Shown here: in pieces, positions 9,649 to 18,793 of the stretch | How positions within the stretch are numbered: position 1 is the first letter of the stretch | Layout: the number at the start of each line of letters is the position of its first letter | Assembly (NCBI GenBank): GCA_032128115.1 | Contig: JAQBHB010000045.1 | Coordinates: forward strand, 1-58,751 | Reading direction: 5' to 3' | DNA: 58,751 nucleotides | Origin: Deltaproteobacteria bacterium | GTDB lineage: Bacteria > Myxococcota_A > UBA9160 > SMWR01 | The notes under the pieces: generated by a model | Told to the model about the DNA's origin: nothing | Databases searched by the model: none | The model's input: only the letters and a program-made list of their open reading frames with translations | Translations under genes and position numbers: made by a program

Positions 9649-11184
9649 CTAGATGGCGCGTTCGGTTTCGGGGAAGCTTCGCCATACCGGCACTCCGCAG
9701 AAATGCGTGCCCTCGGTGCAGCGCGGTCGCGCCAGGCCCGTGCGCACGTAGCAGGGCGGCCCCACGTGCTCCATCAGCACGGGATGGACCGCGCGCACCT
9801 GCTCAACCTCGTCCATGGAGGCCCGCCAGATCTCGCGTTGGGCGTTCAGACAGGTTCGCATGGTCCACTTGTGCAGCAGATCGAGCAGTGTTCCCGACTG
9901 CTCGAAGCGAACGGCCAGGGCGTTGGGCAGCACGTAGAGCGCGAGTTCCGGCGCTACGCCCGCTTCCAGCAACCGGGCCCGGGCGTGCCACGAGGCCTCG
10001 CAGCTCTCGACAAACAGGGTGTGGCAGGCCGGATCGTCCCGGATCAGCTCGGGCTCCACCACGTCCACGTGCGCCGGGACCGTCCGCGAGAGCAGCGGCC
10101 TCGAGCCGGGGACCGTGCGGTGTCGCTGGTCCTGGGAGTCGGCCGTGTGGGAGAGCTTCTTCCGGAACGTGAAGTGGGAGTGGGCCAGCGTGCGCATCAA
10201 GGGCGAATGGGTGGACACGTTCAGGGTCTCGAGCCGGTAGGGGTTCCTCGCGGGGTTCAGCACCAGATCGAGGGCGTCGTCGTCGTCCAGATCCATCCGG
10301 CCAAGGACACGGCGCACCGCATCGGCGATCACCTGGGGCGCCCGGGCGCTGTAGTCCACCAGCCTCGACGTTCGGCCGTCGAGAGATTTGTCGAAGCTCT
10401 CGAGCGCCGCCGGATCGCCGAGCCCGGCGGGTGCGAGCGCCCGCTCCACCACGGCCTCGTCGGCCAGGGAGCCGGACCCCACGCGCTGGAAGAAGTCCGG
10501 GTCGCGCTTCTCCACCTCGGCCACCATCAGGCCCACGACCCGGGCGGCCTCCTGGGGAGCGTCGCCCACCCGCGCCATACGCTGCAGCCGGTGCAGCACG
10601 ATCCCGGAAATCGTGTAGACCATGGCCGTGTGACAGGCGACGGGGATCACGTAGCGGGCGGTCTCGATGGCGCGCTTCTCGGCTTCGCGGACCACGTTGC
10701 GGCCGAATGCCTTGCCCTGGCGCGACGACAATCGCCACAGATCCGCGAGGATCCCCAGGGTCGCCGGCTTCAGGCGCTCGGTGAGTGCTGCGTAGCTGCG
10801 CCACGCGTCCTCGATCGCCGCCACGAAGATCGACCGCGCCGAGCCCGTGATCTCCGGCGGCACGTGGGCCGCGGGCCGATCGAGGCGCACATAGCGCTGG
10901 CTCTGCTGCTCCGTGTTGTAGAAGGGAAATCCGTGCAGGAACGACCACACCAGCTGTCGCGAAATCCCGGACAGGGCGAATTCGAAGCTGGCGTGCTGGA
11001 AGACCGTGTGGTGGCCCCCCTCGTAGGTGAGGGGTCCGATGCTCATGCGCTGGCTCTCGGTGATCTCGTCCGGGTCGATGACCCGGGACGAGTAGCAGGT
11101 GCGCGCGGCGGAGATGGCCCCGTCGTAGGGACGGTCGAACCAACTGCGCAGGCGGACCTCGGGCCCGCCGTCGATCGATGCCAA
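9649..11184 (-). CDS. thyX: FAD-dependent thymidylate synthase, tandem (double-length) ThyX
   Basis: AARTCYS, GHHTVFQHASFEF..GISR, QQSQRYV, ARYVIP in domain 1; QRHR, LYVLPNA, RTCLNAQREI and C-terminal PC..C.EG...CG in domain 2. Start TTG 11184 (GGGGGA SD) inferred. Confidence 0.85.
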   Translation of the reverse strand: MASIDGGPEVRLRSWFDRPYDGAISAARTCYSSRVIDPDEITESQRMSIGPLTYEGGHHTVFQHASFEFALSGISRQLVWSFLHGFPFYNTEQQSQRYVRLDRPAAHVPPEITGSARSIFVAAIEDAWRSYAALTERLKPATLGILADLWRLSSRQGKAFGRNVVREAEKRAIETARYVIPVACHTAMVYTISGIVLHRLQRMARVGDAPQEAARVVGLMVAEVEKRDPDFFQRVGSGSLADEAVVERALAPAGLGDPAALESFDKSLDGRTSRLVDYSARAPQVIADAVRRVLGRMDLDDDDALDLVLNPARNPYRLETLNVSTHSPLMRTLAHSHFTFRKKLSHTADSQDQRHRTVPGSRPLLSRTVPAHVDVVEPELIRDDPACHTLFVESCEASWHARARLLEAGVAPELALYVLPNALAVRFEQSGTLLDLLHKWTMRTCLNAQREIWRASMDEVEQVRAVHPVLMEHVGPPCYVRTGLARPRCTEGTHFCGVPVWRSFPETERAI

Positions 11185-11427
11185 ATCCAATCCCCCACCG
11201 CACGGCGGCGTCGTGGCTACTCTCGCAGACGCCCCCCGACGCAGCAAGCGAGGGCGGAGAAGCCTCCAGAATCGCGCGGGAGGGCAAAATTTTACCACCA
11301 TTGGCCGGCCCGCAGGCTGGGGCGCGCGCTCCGCAGCGCACGCGAATGACGCGCGATCGCGTCGCTTCGCTCGCGATTTCCGGCTGTTATCGGGGCTCCT
11401 GCCGACGGGCTTCCGATCGGGTGCACT

Positions 11428-11443
11428 TGGCACAAGGCTTGCC
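11428..11443 (+). promoter_or_regulatory. sigma54 (-24/-12) promoter
   Basis: TGGCAC-AAGGC-TTGCC, about 40 nt upstream of ATG 11483 (GAGGT SD). Confidence 0.7.
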
Positions 11444-11482
11444 CATCAAAGCGGCGGACGCGTGTACCGCGAGGTGCGGTGC

Positions 11483-13550
11483 ATGCCCCAACGCACCCAT
11501 CGCAGGGCCCGACCCCTCATGGCCACGCTCTGGATCGTTCACCGCGACCCCAGCACCCGCATCGCCATCGCGCGGCTCGCGGCGGTGGAGGAGTCGGTGC
11601 TTGGGGGCCCCGCCGACCCGGTTTTCGATGTGGCGCCCCCCGCCGACGTGGTGGTTCTGGGACTCGGCGGCGATCTCGAGCCCGAGCTCCAGTTCGCCCA
11701 CCGCACGTCGCGGAGGCTAAAGGGCGCGGCCTTCATCCTGTTGGCCGAGAGCAACCAGACGTCCGAGGTGCGGCGCCTGTTCGACACCCTGGACTGCGAG
11801 ATCCTGACCTATCCGCCGGACGCCGCCGCACTGCGCGATCTGATCCGCGCGGCCCCGGCCCGCCAGCGGGAGGCCCCTTTGCCCCTGTCTCAGCGGCCGG
11901 CCCGGGATTCCGTGGCCTCGCGCTTTGGACGCGCCTTCGCCGACCTGGATCTGCCCCACCTGCTGCGGGCCCTCGACCCCCAGCTGGTGGATGTACCCAT
12001 GCTGATCGAAGGCGAGCCGGGAACCGGCCGCTCGCTGCTGGCGCGCTACGTACACACCTTCAGCGACACGGCGTCGGGCCCCCTGGCCGAAGTGCTCTGC
12101 ACCCGCCACACCACGCCGGCCGAGATCGTCACGACCCTGGAATCCGCCGCCCGTGACGCGCGCCCCCAGGCGCCGGGCAGCGTCTGCATGTATGAGCTCG
12201 AGCTGCTTGCCCCAGCGATGCAGCGCCGCGTCAACTCCTGGATCGAGTTCGCACCGCCGGCGGGTACGCGGCAGGCGCGTGTAACGCGCTGGATCGGAAC
12301 CGTGCGCGACCCCGGGGCCCTCGATCCGGGCCTGCGCCAGACGCTTTCGAGCCTGCACCTCCGGATCCCGCCGCTGCGCGAGCGGCCGGGCGCCGTGGCC
12401 GGAGTGGCACAGGCGAGCGTGGACGCCTGGTGCCAGGCGCGGGGCGAGCGGGCCCGGGAGCTGGGCGACGACGCCATCGCAGCCCTCGAGGAGTACCCGT
12501 GGCCCGGCAACCTGCGGGAGCTCGAGGCGGTGATCGTCCAGAGCCTTTCTGCCGGGATCGCCGACCCGTTGACCGCGGCCGACCTGCGCTATCAGGGCCA
12601 GCCCTTCGTACCCGTGGTGGCAAAGCCTTCGGCGGCGCCCGAACCGACGCCCGTGCCGTTTCCGGATGAATGGAGGCCCGGGGGGCCGGACGAGTTCGAG
12701 GAGGAATTCGAGGAGATCGAGCTCCCGGACGAAATTCCGCTCGCCCAGGGGGAGCTTGCGGAATCTGCGGATGAGGACGCCGAACTCATCGACGCGACTC
12801 CCTGGCTCGAGCCCCCCCGCCCTCGACGCGCTGGAGCCCGTGGTCGCGCTCGAAGAGACAGCCACCTCCGAGCATGCCTCCCTGCCGCGTCTGGCCAGGG
12901 CCATCGCCCACGAGGTCCGCAATCCCCTCACCAGTATCCGCACCTTTTCCCAGCTGCTCTCCGAGCGACACGGGGACCCGGAGTTCCGCGAGCAATTCGC
13001 AGAGCTGGTGAACCAGGACACCCTGCGCATCGAGGATGTGCTGCGCCGGCTCGACCAGCTGGCCGCGCTGCCACCCCCGGCGAGCGCGCCCGTGGACGTG
13101 AGCGCGATCCTGCAGAGAATCCTGGACGCCCATCGGGGCTCGATCCGGGAGCGGCGCCTGGTGGTGCTCCAGGAACTGGACCTGGACCAGCCCATGGCCG
13201 TCGGCGACGCCGACCAGCTGGACTTCGCATTCGAGTCGCTGCTGGACAAGTCGCTGCAGCTGGTACCCGCGGGAGGCGACCTCTACATCGCTTCCAAGCA
13301 CCACGCGGCGGGCATGGACGGGAAGCCCTTCGTGCGCGTGCTGCTGCGCCTGCGCGGGCCCGAGCGGGCGGATACCGGAGACGGGGCGGGTTCCGAGGGC
13401 GGGCGCCAGCCGGTGCTCGGAGTCTCCTCCGCCGACCACTCGCTGGAGCTGGCAATCGCCGAAACGGTGGTGCGCGCCCACGGGGGCGCCCTGGCCGTGG
13501 ACACCAGTGACGGCGAGGAGACCGTGATCGTGCTGGATCTGCCGGCGTAG
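11483..13550 (+). pseudogene. Frameshifted fusion: pseudo-receiver + degenerate sigma54 AAA+ + acidic linker + HisKA + degenerate HATPase
   Basis: First frame encodes GEPGTGRS, RIPPLRER, YPWPGNLRELEA up to ...PWLEPP; a second frame continues ALDALEP...AHEVRNPL...RAHGG. Removing one C from the C7 run (12812-12818) joins them. Could be a sequencing error. Confidence 0.75.
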
Positions 13551-13573
13551 GGATTGCGGTAACTTCCCACCCG

Positions 13574-14944
13574 ATGCCTCGCATCCTGGTGGTCGACGAC
13601 GAGCCTGGGGTTCGCGAATCCCTCCGGATGCTTCTCAAGGACGATTACGACGTGGCCTGCGCAGCGGACGCAGGGGCCGCGCTGATCGACCTGGAGGAGA
13701 ATCCTCCCGATCTGGTCCTGCTCGACCTGGTGATGCCCGGGCTCAGCGGCCTCGACCTGCTGGCCGACTTGAGCGAGAGCCCCCACCCGCCGCTCGTGAT
13801 GGTGCTGACCGCCACCAAGACCGTGGCCACGGCCGTCGAGGCCATGAAGCGCGGCGCCGCCGACTACGTCACCAAGCCCTTCGAGGTGGAGGCGCTGCGC
13901 ATCAAGGTGCGCCAGTTGTTGGAGCGGCGGGCGCTCGAGCACGAGGTTGCGCAGCTGCGCGCCCGCGTCGAGGGCGAGCAACGCCTGGGACGGCTCCTGG
14001 GTCGCAGCCCCGCCATGCGGGACGTGTTCCACACCCTGCGCCGGGTCGCCGAATCGCGCGCCACGGTGCTGATCCACGGGGAGAGTGGCACGGGCAAGGA
14101 GCTTGCGGCCCGCGCCATCCACGAGCTGGGGCCGCGGGCCGAGGCGGCCTTCGTCGCCGTCAACTGCGCCGCCATCCCCGACAACCTGATCGAGAGCGAG
14201 CTGTTCGGCCACGAGCGCGGCGCCTTCACCGACGCGGTGGAGCGACGCATCGGGCGCTTCGAGGCCGCCTCGGGCGGCACCCTGTTCCTGGACGAGATCG
14301 GCGAGCTCTCGGCGTCGGTGCAGGCGAAGCTGCTGCGAGTGTTGCAGGAGCGCTCGATCGAGCGCATCGGGGGCGCTGAAACGATCCAGGTGGACGTTCG
14401 GGTCGTGGCCGCCACCAACCGGGACCTGCAGCGCGAGGTTGCGGAGGGTCGCTTCCGGGACGACCTGTTCTACCGGATCAACGTGGTGCCCGTGACCCTG
14501 CCTCCGCTCCGCGATCGGCGCGAGGACATCCGCATGCTGGCCGGCCATTTCCTCGAGCGGGTGGGCAGCGAGGCCGGACGCGAGGGACTGCGCCTGTCGG
14601 ACGAGGCCCTGACGGCGTTCGAGCGTTACCCGTGGCCGGGAAACGTGCGCGAGCTCGAGAACGCCATCGAGCACGCGGTGGCCCTCTGCGAGGACGACGT
14701 GCTGAACCTGGACAACCTGCCCCGCGCCCTGGTCCAGGCGGGACGCATCGAAGGCCTTCGCCAGGCGCTTCGCACCGGGCGCATCGGCTTCGACGAGGCC
14801 GCAGCCGACTTCGAGCGCGATCTGCTGCTGGAAACCCTGGAGCAGTGCGGCTGGAACCAGACTCGAGCCGCCACCCAGCTGCGCCTGACCCGACGCGTGC
14901 TCAAGCTCAAGATGGACCGGTACAGCCTGAAGCGTCTCGATTGA
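13574..14944 (+). CDS. sigma54-dependent NtrC-family response regulator (REC-AAA+-Fis HTH)
   Basis: ILVVDDE, LLDLVMP, GESGTGKE, ESELFGHERGAFTDA, LFLDEIGE, FRDDLFYRINV, WPGNVRELEN, WNQTRAA. Confidence 0.95.
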   Translation: MPRILVVDDEPGVRESLRMLLKDDYDVACAADAGAALIDLEENPPDLVLLDLVMPGLSGLDLLADLSESPHPPLVMVLTATKTVATAVEAMKRGAADYVTKPFEVEALRIKVRQLLERRALEHEVAQLRARVEGEQRLGRLLGRSPAMRDVFHTLRRVAESRATVLIHGESGTGKELAARAIHELGPRAEAAFVAVNCAAIPDNLIESELFGHERGAFTDAVERRIGRFEAASGGTLFLDEIGELSASVQAKLLRVLQERSIERIGGAETIQVDVRVVAATNRDLQREVAEGRFRDDLFYRINVVPVTLPPLRDRREDIRMLAGHFLERVGSEAGREGLRLSDEALTAFERYPWPGNVRELENAIEHAVALCEDDVLNLDNLPRALVQAGRIEGLRQALRTGRIGFDEAAADFERDLLLETLEQCGWNQTRAATQLRLTRRVLKLKMDRYSLKRLD

Positions 14945-14961
14945 ACGCGATCGGTCGCGGA

Positions 14962-15046
14962 ATGTTCCGGTTGGAACATCATTAAAACATAAGATATTCC
15001 AACAGCTTGTGGCTCCATACCGAATTCTTCTGTTCGGTTCGGAACA
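14962..15046. promoter_or_regulatory. Two palindromic candidate enhancer (UAS) sites
   Basis: ATGTTCC-GGTT-GGAACAT (14962-14979, perfect) and TGTTCG-GTTC-GGAACA (15031-15046) in an AT-rich intergenic region. Confidence 0.6.
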
Positions 15047-15095
15047 ATCTTGGAACTTCGAGGAGAGCTGGGGTAGACAGGAGTTTTCCAAATGA

Positions 15096-15108
15096 AATCA
15101 GAAGCTTG
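15096..15108 (+). promoter_or_regulatory. IHF-binding site candidate
   Basis: AATCAG-AAGC-TTG fits WATCAR-N4-TTR and lies between the UAS and the sigma54 promoter. Confidence 0.55.
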
Positions 15109-15136
15109 AAGTCGGATTCTGCTGCCGGATGAACTC

Positions 15137-15152
15137 TGGCACGGGCCTTGCT
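15137..15152 (+). promoter_or_regulatory. sigma54 (-24/-12) promoter
   Basis: TGGCACG-GGCC-TTGCT, a full consensus match. Confidence 0.85.
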
Positions 15153-15165
15153 CTTGTCCCCGGCC

Positions 15166-16353
15166 ATGACACTGCTGAATCCGGAACGATCGACGATTCT
15201 CGTAGTAGACGACGAACGGGGCCCCCGGGAGTCGCTGCGCATGATCCTGTCACCCGAGCACGAGGTGCTCCAGGCGCGCAACGCCACCGAGGCCCTCGAG
15301 ATGCTTCGCAGCCACGAGGTCGATCTGGTGACGCTCGACCTGCACATGCCGGGCATGGGCGGCGACGAGCTGATGCGGGTGATCCGCAGCGAGCGGCCCC
15401 AGGTGGAGATCATCATCATCACGGGCTGCGCATCGGTGGAGAGCGCCACCGAGGGCATCCGTTGCGGCGTGGCCGACTATCTCCAGAAGCCCTTCGACGT
15501 GGTTCAGGTGAGCGGCGCCGTAGCGCGCTCGCTCTCGCGCCGACACGCCCGCGTGCGCCTGGTGGAGTTCCTGAGCGAGCTGGGCGCCGTGGTGGGCCAC
15601 GACCGATGCCTGCCGGCGATCCTGGACGACGTCCGCCGCAGCGAGAAGCTGGCCGGGCGTCTGGGCGGGATCTTCGAGGTGCGGGGGGGCACCCCGAACC
15701 TGGACGCCTTCGAGCCGGCCCGCACGATCGAGTTTCTCGAGGTGCTGGCCGAGACCATCGAGATCAAGGACCCCTACATGCGCGGCCACGGACGCCGCGT
15801 CGCCTACTACGCGAGCCTGATTTCCTACCGCATGCAGCTCTCGACCGAGGAGCACGATCACGTGCGCCTCGCGGCCTTCCTGCACGACCTGGGCAAGGTG
15901 GGCGTTCCCACGGATCTTCTGCTGCGACCCGGCGCCCTCAACCGCGAGGAGCGGGCCCTCGTGCAGCAGCACCCGGTGATCGGCGCTCGCCTGATCCGGC
16001 CGCTGGACATCGCGGTGCGCGTGTCGGAAGCGATCCGTCACCACCACGAGTGGTGGGATGGCACCGGCTATCCCGACGGCGTCGCCGGCACGGACATTCC
16101 GTTGGTGGCTCGCATTATCGCCGTGGCCGACGCCTTCGACGCCATGAGCAGCGACCGGCCGTACCGCAGGGCCCTGTCGCGCGAGACGGCCGTCTCGGAG
16201 CTTCGGCGCTACGCCGGCATCCAATTCGATCCCGACGTGGTCAAGGAGTTCCTCGCGATCCTGGAGCTCGGCGTCTGCGACACCGACCCGGAGTTCCTGG
16301 CAGGCATCATTTCCGAAGTGGGCAATGCGAGCGCCCCGGCTCAACTGTCATGA
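15166..16353 (+). CDS. Response regulator with HD-GYP cyclic-dinucleotide phosphodiesterase domain (RpfG-like)
   Basis: REC (ILVVDDE, TLDLHMP, QKPF); KDPYMRGH, LHDLGK, HHEWWDGTGYP, ADAFDAM..DRPYR. Confidence 0.93.
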   Translation: MTLLNPERSTILVVDDERGPRESLRMILSPEHEVLQARNATEALEMLRSHEVDLVTLDLHMPGMGGDELMRVIRSERPQVEIIIITGCASVESATEGIRCGVADYLQKPFDVVQVSGAVARSLSRRHARVRLVEFLSELGAVVGHDRCLPAILDDVRRSEKLAGRLGGIFEVRGGTPNLDAFEPARTIEFLEVLAETIEIKDPYMRGHGRRVAYYASLISYRMQLSTEEHDHVRLAAFLHDLGKVGVPTDLLLRPGALNREERALVQQHPVIGARLIRPLDIAVRVSEAIRHHHEWWDGTGYPDGVAGTDIPLVARIIAVADAFDAMSSDRPYRRALSRETAVSELRRYAGIQFDPDVVKEFLAILELGVCDTDPEFLAGIISEVGNASAPAQLS

Positions 16354-16709
16354 CGATCGATAGCCAGTCAGCCCGGTGCGAGCCGCGCGAAGAGGTTCTG
16401 CGCATCGTGGAGTACACACGGTTCCCGAGGCTGGCGCCGGAAGCGCGCCCGCAGCTGGGATTCACCCGGGATCTCTCACCCTCGGGCCTTTGCCTGGGTG
16501 CCGACACGGCCGAGCCCATCGGCTCCTTGCTGCGTGTCACGGTTCGCGAGATCGACGGACGCGCCACGCCGGCTTCGGTGCAGCGAGTGGTGTGGTGCAG
16601 CAGCGAGCGCGATGGCCGCTTCTGGCTGGGACTCGAACTCCTGGCCGAGCCGCAGGAACACATGCGCCGGGCCTCGGGCGAGGCGAGGCGGAACGCGGCG
16701 AACGCCTGA
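16350..16709 (+). CDS. PilZ-domain protein
   Basis: ATGA overlap with the HD-GYP stop; RCEPR (RxxxR) and DLSPSG (DxSxxG) c-di-GMP motifs; RVVW...GLEL. Confidence 0.8.
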   Translation: MTIDSQSARCEPREEVLRIVEYTRFPRLAPEARPQLGFTRDLSPSGLCLGADTAEPIGSLLRVTVREIDGRATPASVQRVVWCSSERDGRFWLGLELLAEPQEHMRRASGEARRNAANA

Positions 16710-16729
16710 TTCAGTGCAACCGGGGGGGT

Positions 16730-16771
16730 GCTTGCGGGGGTGTCTGGCAGATGTCCAGAACCCCCGCAAGC
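16730..16771. terminator. Strong GC-rich hairpin between the PilZ gene and tatB
   Basis: GCTTGCGGGGGT-G-TCTGG / CCAGA-ACCCCCGCAAGC: 17-bp stem with one bulge; no U-tract. Confidence 0.5.
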
Positions 16772-16803
16772 CAACCCGGCTCGAACTTCGGTAGATTCAC
16801 CCC

Positions 16804-17094
16804 ATGTTCGGCATCGGCATGACCGAGCTGGTCGTGATCTTCGTGATCGGGTTGCTGGTGCTCGGGCCGAAGCGTCTTCCGATCATGGCCCGCTCGCTGG
16901 GCCGTACCCTGGCCGAGTTCCGGCGGGCCTCGACGGATCTGCGACAGGAATTCCTCGACGTGAGGGAGGAAGTCCGGATCGAGCCGCCGGCGGATCCGCC
17001 CGCCCCCGACCCCGCAGAGATCCCCGCCTCCGGGGCTGCGCCCGTCGCCGCCGCGAAGAGCACGGACCCCGACGAACGCCCGCCCCATGGATGA
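16804..17094 (+). CDS. tatB: Twin-arginine translocase TatA/TatB subunit
   Basis: MFGIGMTELVVIFVIGLLVLGPKRLP..ARSLG; directly upstream of tatC. Confidence 0.85.
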   Translation: MFGIGMTELVVIFVIGLLVLGPKRLPIMARSLGRTLAEFRRASTDLRQEFLDVREEVRIEPPADPPAPDPAEIPASGAAPVAAAKSTDPDERPPHG

Positions 17095-17839
17095 ACGCAA
17101 GCTTCCCCTGACCGACCACCTGGCCGAGCTTCGCAGCCGGCTCCTGCGCATCGTGATCACCTGGGGAATCGGCACGGCGCTGGCCTGGAGCTTCAGCGAG
17201 GCCATCTTCGGCCTGCTGCTCGAGCCGGCGGTGGCCGCCCTGGGCGACCGCGGCCTCCAGGCCATCGCACCCACCGAGATCTTCTTCACTTATCTCAAAT
17301 GTGCCGTGCTGGCTGGGTTCGTTGTGGCCCTGCCCGTGATCTTCTGGCAGCTGTGGGCCTTCATCTCCCCCGGCCTCTACGAAACAGAGAAGTCGGTAGT
17401 GGGCCCCTTCGTGGTGATCTCGACACTGCTCTTTGCCGGCGGCGCGGCCTTCGGATACACGGTGGTGTTCCCGCTGATGTTCGACTTCTTCACCGCCTTC
17501 GACAGCGACTTCGTGCAGTCGGCCTGGTCCATGCGCGAGGTGTTCGCGCTCACCACCCGACTCCTCCTGGCCTTCGGGGCGGCCTTCGAACTGCCGGTGC
17601 TGGTGTTCTTCCTGACGCTGGCCGGGATCGTGGACGCCCCCACGTTGCTGCGCGGAACGCCCTATGCGGTGCTTGCGGTCTTCATCGCCGCTGCGGTGCT
17701 GACCCCGCCGGACTGGGTCAGCCAGGTCCTCCTGGCCGTCCCCATGGTGGTCCTCTACCTGCTTGGCGTGGGCGTCGCGTTTCTCTTCGGCGGGTCGCGC
17801 AAGCGCGCCCTGGACGAGACCAAGCAGATCACTCCGTAG
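17087..17839 (+). CDS. tatC: Twin-arginine translocase TatC
   Basis: DHLAELRSRL, PTEIFFTYLK, QLWAFISPGLY..EK, FELP, LTPPD. Confidence 0.95.
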   Translation: MDERKLPLTDHLAELRSRLLRIVITWGIGTALAWSFSEAIFGLLLEPAVAALGDRGLQAIAPTEIFFTYLKCAVLAGFVVALPVIFWQLWAFISPGLYETEKSVVGPFVVISTLLFAGGAAFGYTVVFPLMFDFFTAFDSDFVQSAWSMREVFALTTRLLLAFGAAFELPVLVFFLTLAGIVDAPTLLRGTPYAVLAVFIAAAVLTPPDWVSQVLLAVPMVVLYLLGVGVAFLFGGSRKRALDETKQITP

Positions 17840-18793
17840 TCAGAGCCGCAGGAGCCGGTTCAGGATGGCGCGTTCGGCGCCGCCCGCGTCCACTCCCGTC
17901 GCGACCCGCATCTCGGTGCCCAGATCCGGCCGCCTCCCCGCCTCGATCGTGCGCAGGGTGTTTTGTTGGATGGTGGGAACGATGCGGAGGTCCTCGAAGA
18001 CGAGAGATCGATCGTCGATGAGAGCCAGCACGGTGAGCGGGTCGTGGAGGAAGGCGGCGTTGTCGTCGTCCAGGGTTCCGCCCAGGGCCGTGAACAGGCG
18101 CTGTTGCACGGGAGTCCAGATGCGCACCTGGTCCGCCAGGCTGCGCGCCAGCGGCCCGGCCCCAGCCAGGCGCTCGACGTCGCGGTTCCGGAGCCAGGTA
18201 GACAGGGTCACGTCGGCGGTGATCAGGGTGGTGGGAAAGCCCGCGCCCAGGACCGCCATGCTGGCCTCGGGATCGGAGCACAGATTGTAGTCGATGCCTG
18301 GATCGCATACGTGGTCGCCGATCCGGACGTCGCGCACGTGCCCGCCCATGATCGTGACCCGCGCCACGCGCCGGGGAAGTTCGGGATCCAGGGCCAGGGC
18401 CCGCGCCAGGTTGGTGAGCGGCCCCACCATCACCAGCTCGAGCCCCTCCTGCTCGCGGGCAGCGCGCACGATGCGCTCGGGCCCCGATTCGCTCCCGATC
18501 CGCCCCACCGGACCGCTGGGGATGCAACTCTCCTCGTGGTCGAACCAGGTGAAGCGGTGCTCGGGACGCAGCAGCGGGCGCGTTTCACCGATGCAGACCT
18601 CCACGTCCGGGCGGCCGCCCAGACCCAGCAGACCCGCCGCGACAGCGGCGCGGATTTTCCCGCCGCGACCCACGGTGGTCACTGCAACCAGGTCGATCTC
18701 GTCGGGCGCTGCGAGGATCAGGCCCAGGGCCAGTGCATCGTCGACGTCGCTGCCGATGTCGGTGTCGAACAGGACGGGCCGGGGCGCGCTCAG
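17840..18793 (-). CDS. Nucleoside hydrolase (IU-NH family), probable CTG start
   Basis: DTDIGSDVDD (DxDxxxDD) lies upstream of the ORF-track GTG; GPLTNLA, IMGG, DYN..DPEA, LHDPL. The only plausible start is CTG 18793 (CTGA overlap, GGAG SD). Confidence 0.85.
   Translation of the reverse strand: MSAPRPVLFDTDIGSDVDDALALGLILAAPDEIDLVAVTTVGRGGKIRAAVAAGLLGLGGRPDVEVCIGETRPLLRPEHRFTWFDHEESCIPSGPVGRIGSESGPERIVRAAREQEGLELVMVGPLTNLARALALDPELPRRVARVTIMGGHVRDVRIGDHVCDPGIDYNLCSDPEASMAVLGAGFPTTLITADVTLSTWLRNRDVERLAGAGPLARSLADQVRIWTPVQQRLFTALGGTLDDDNAAFLHDPLTVLALIDDRSLVFEDLRIVPTIQQNTLRTIEAGRRPDLGTEMRVATGVDAGGAERAILNRLLRL

Noticed and set aside
12666..13550. Independent histidine kinase starting at 12666
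   Set aside because: Its first ~48 aa are out-of-frame junk overlapping the acidic linker; better explained by the C7 frameshift.
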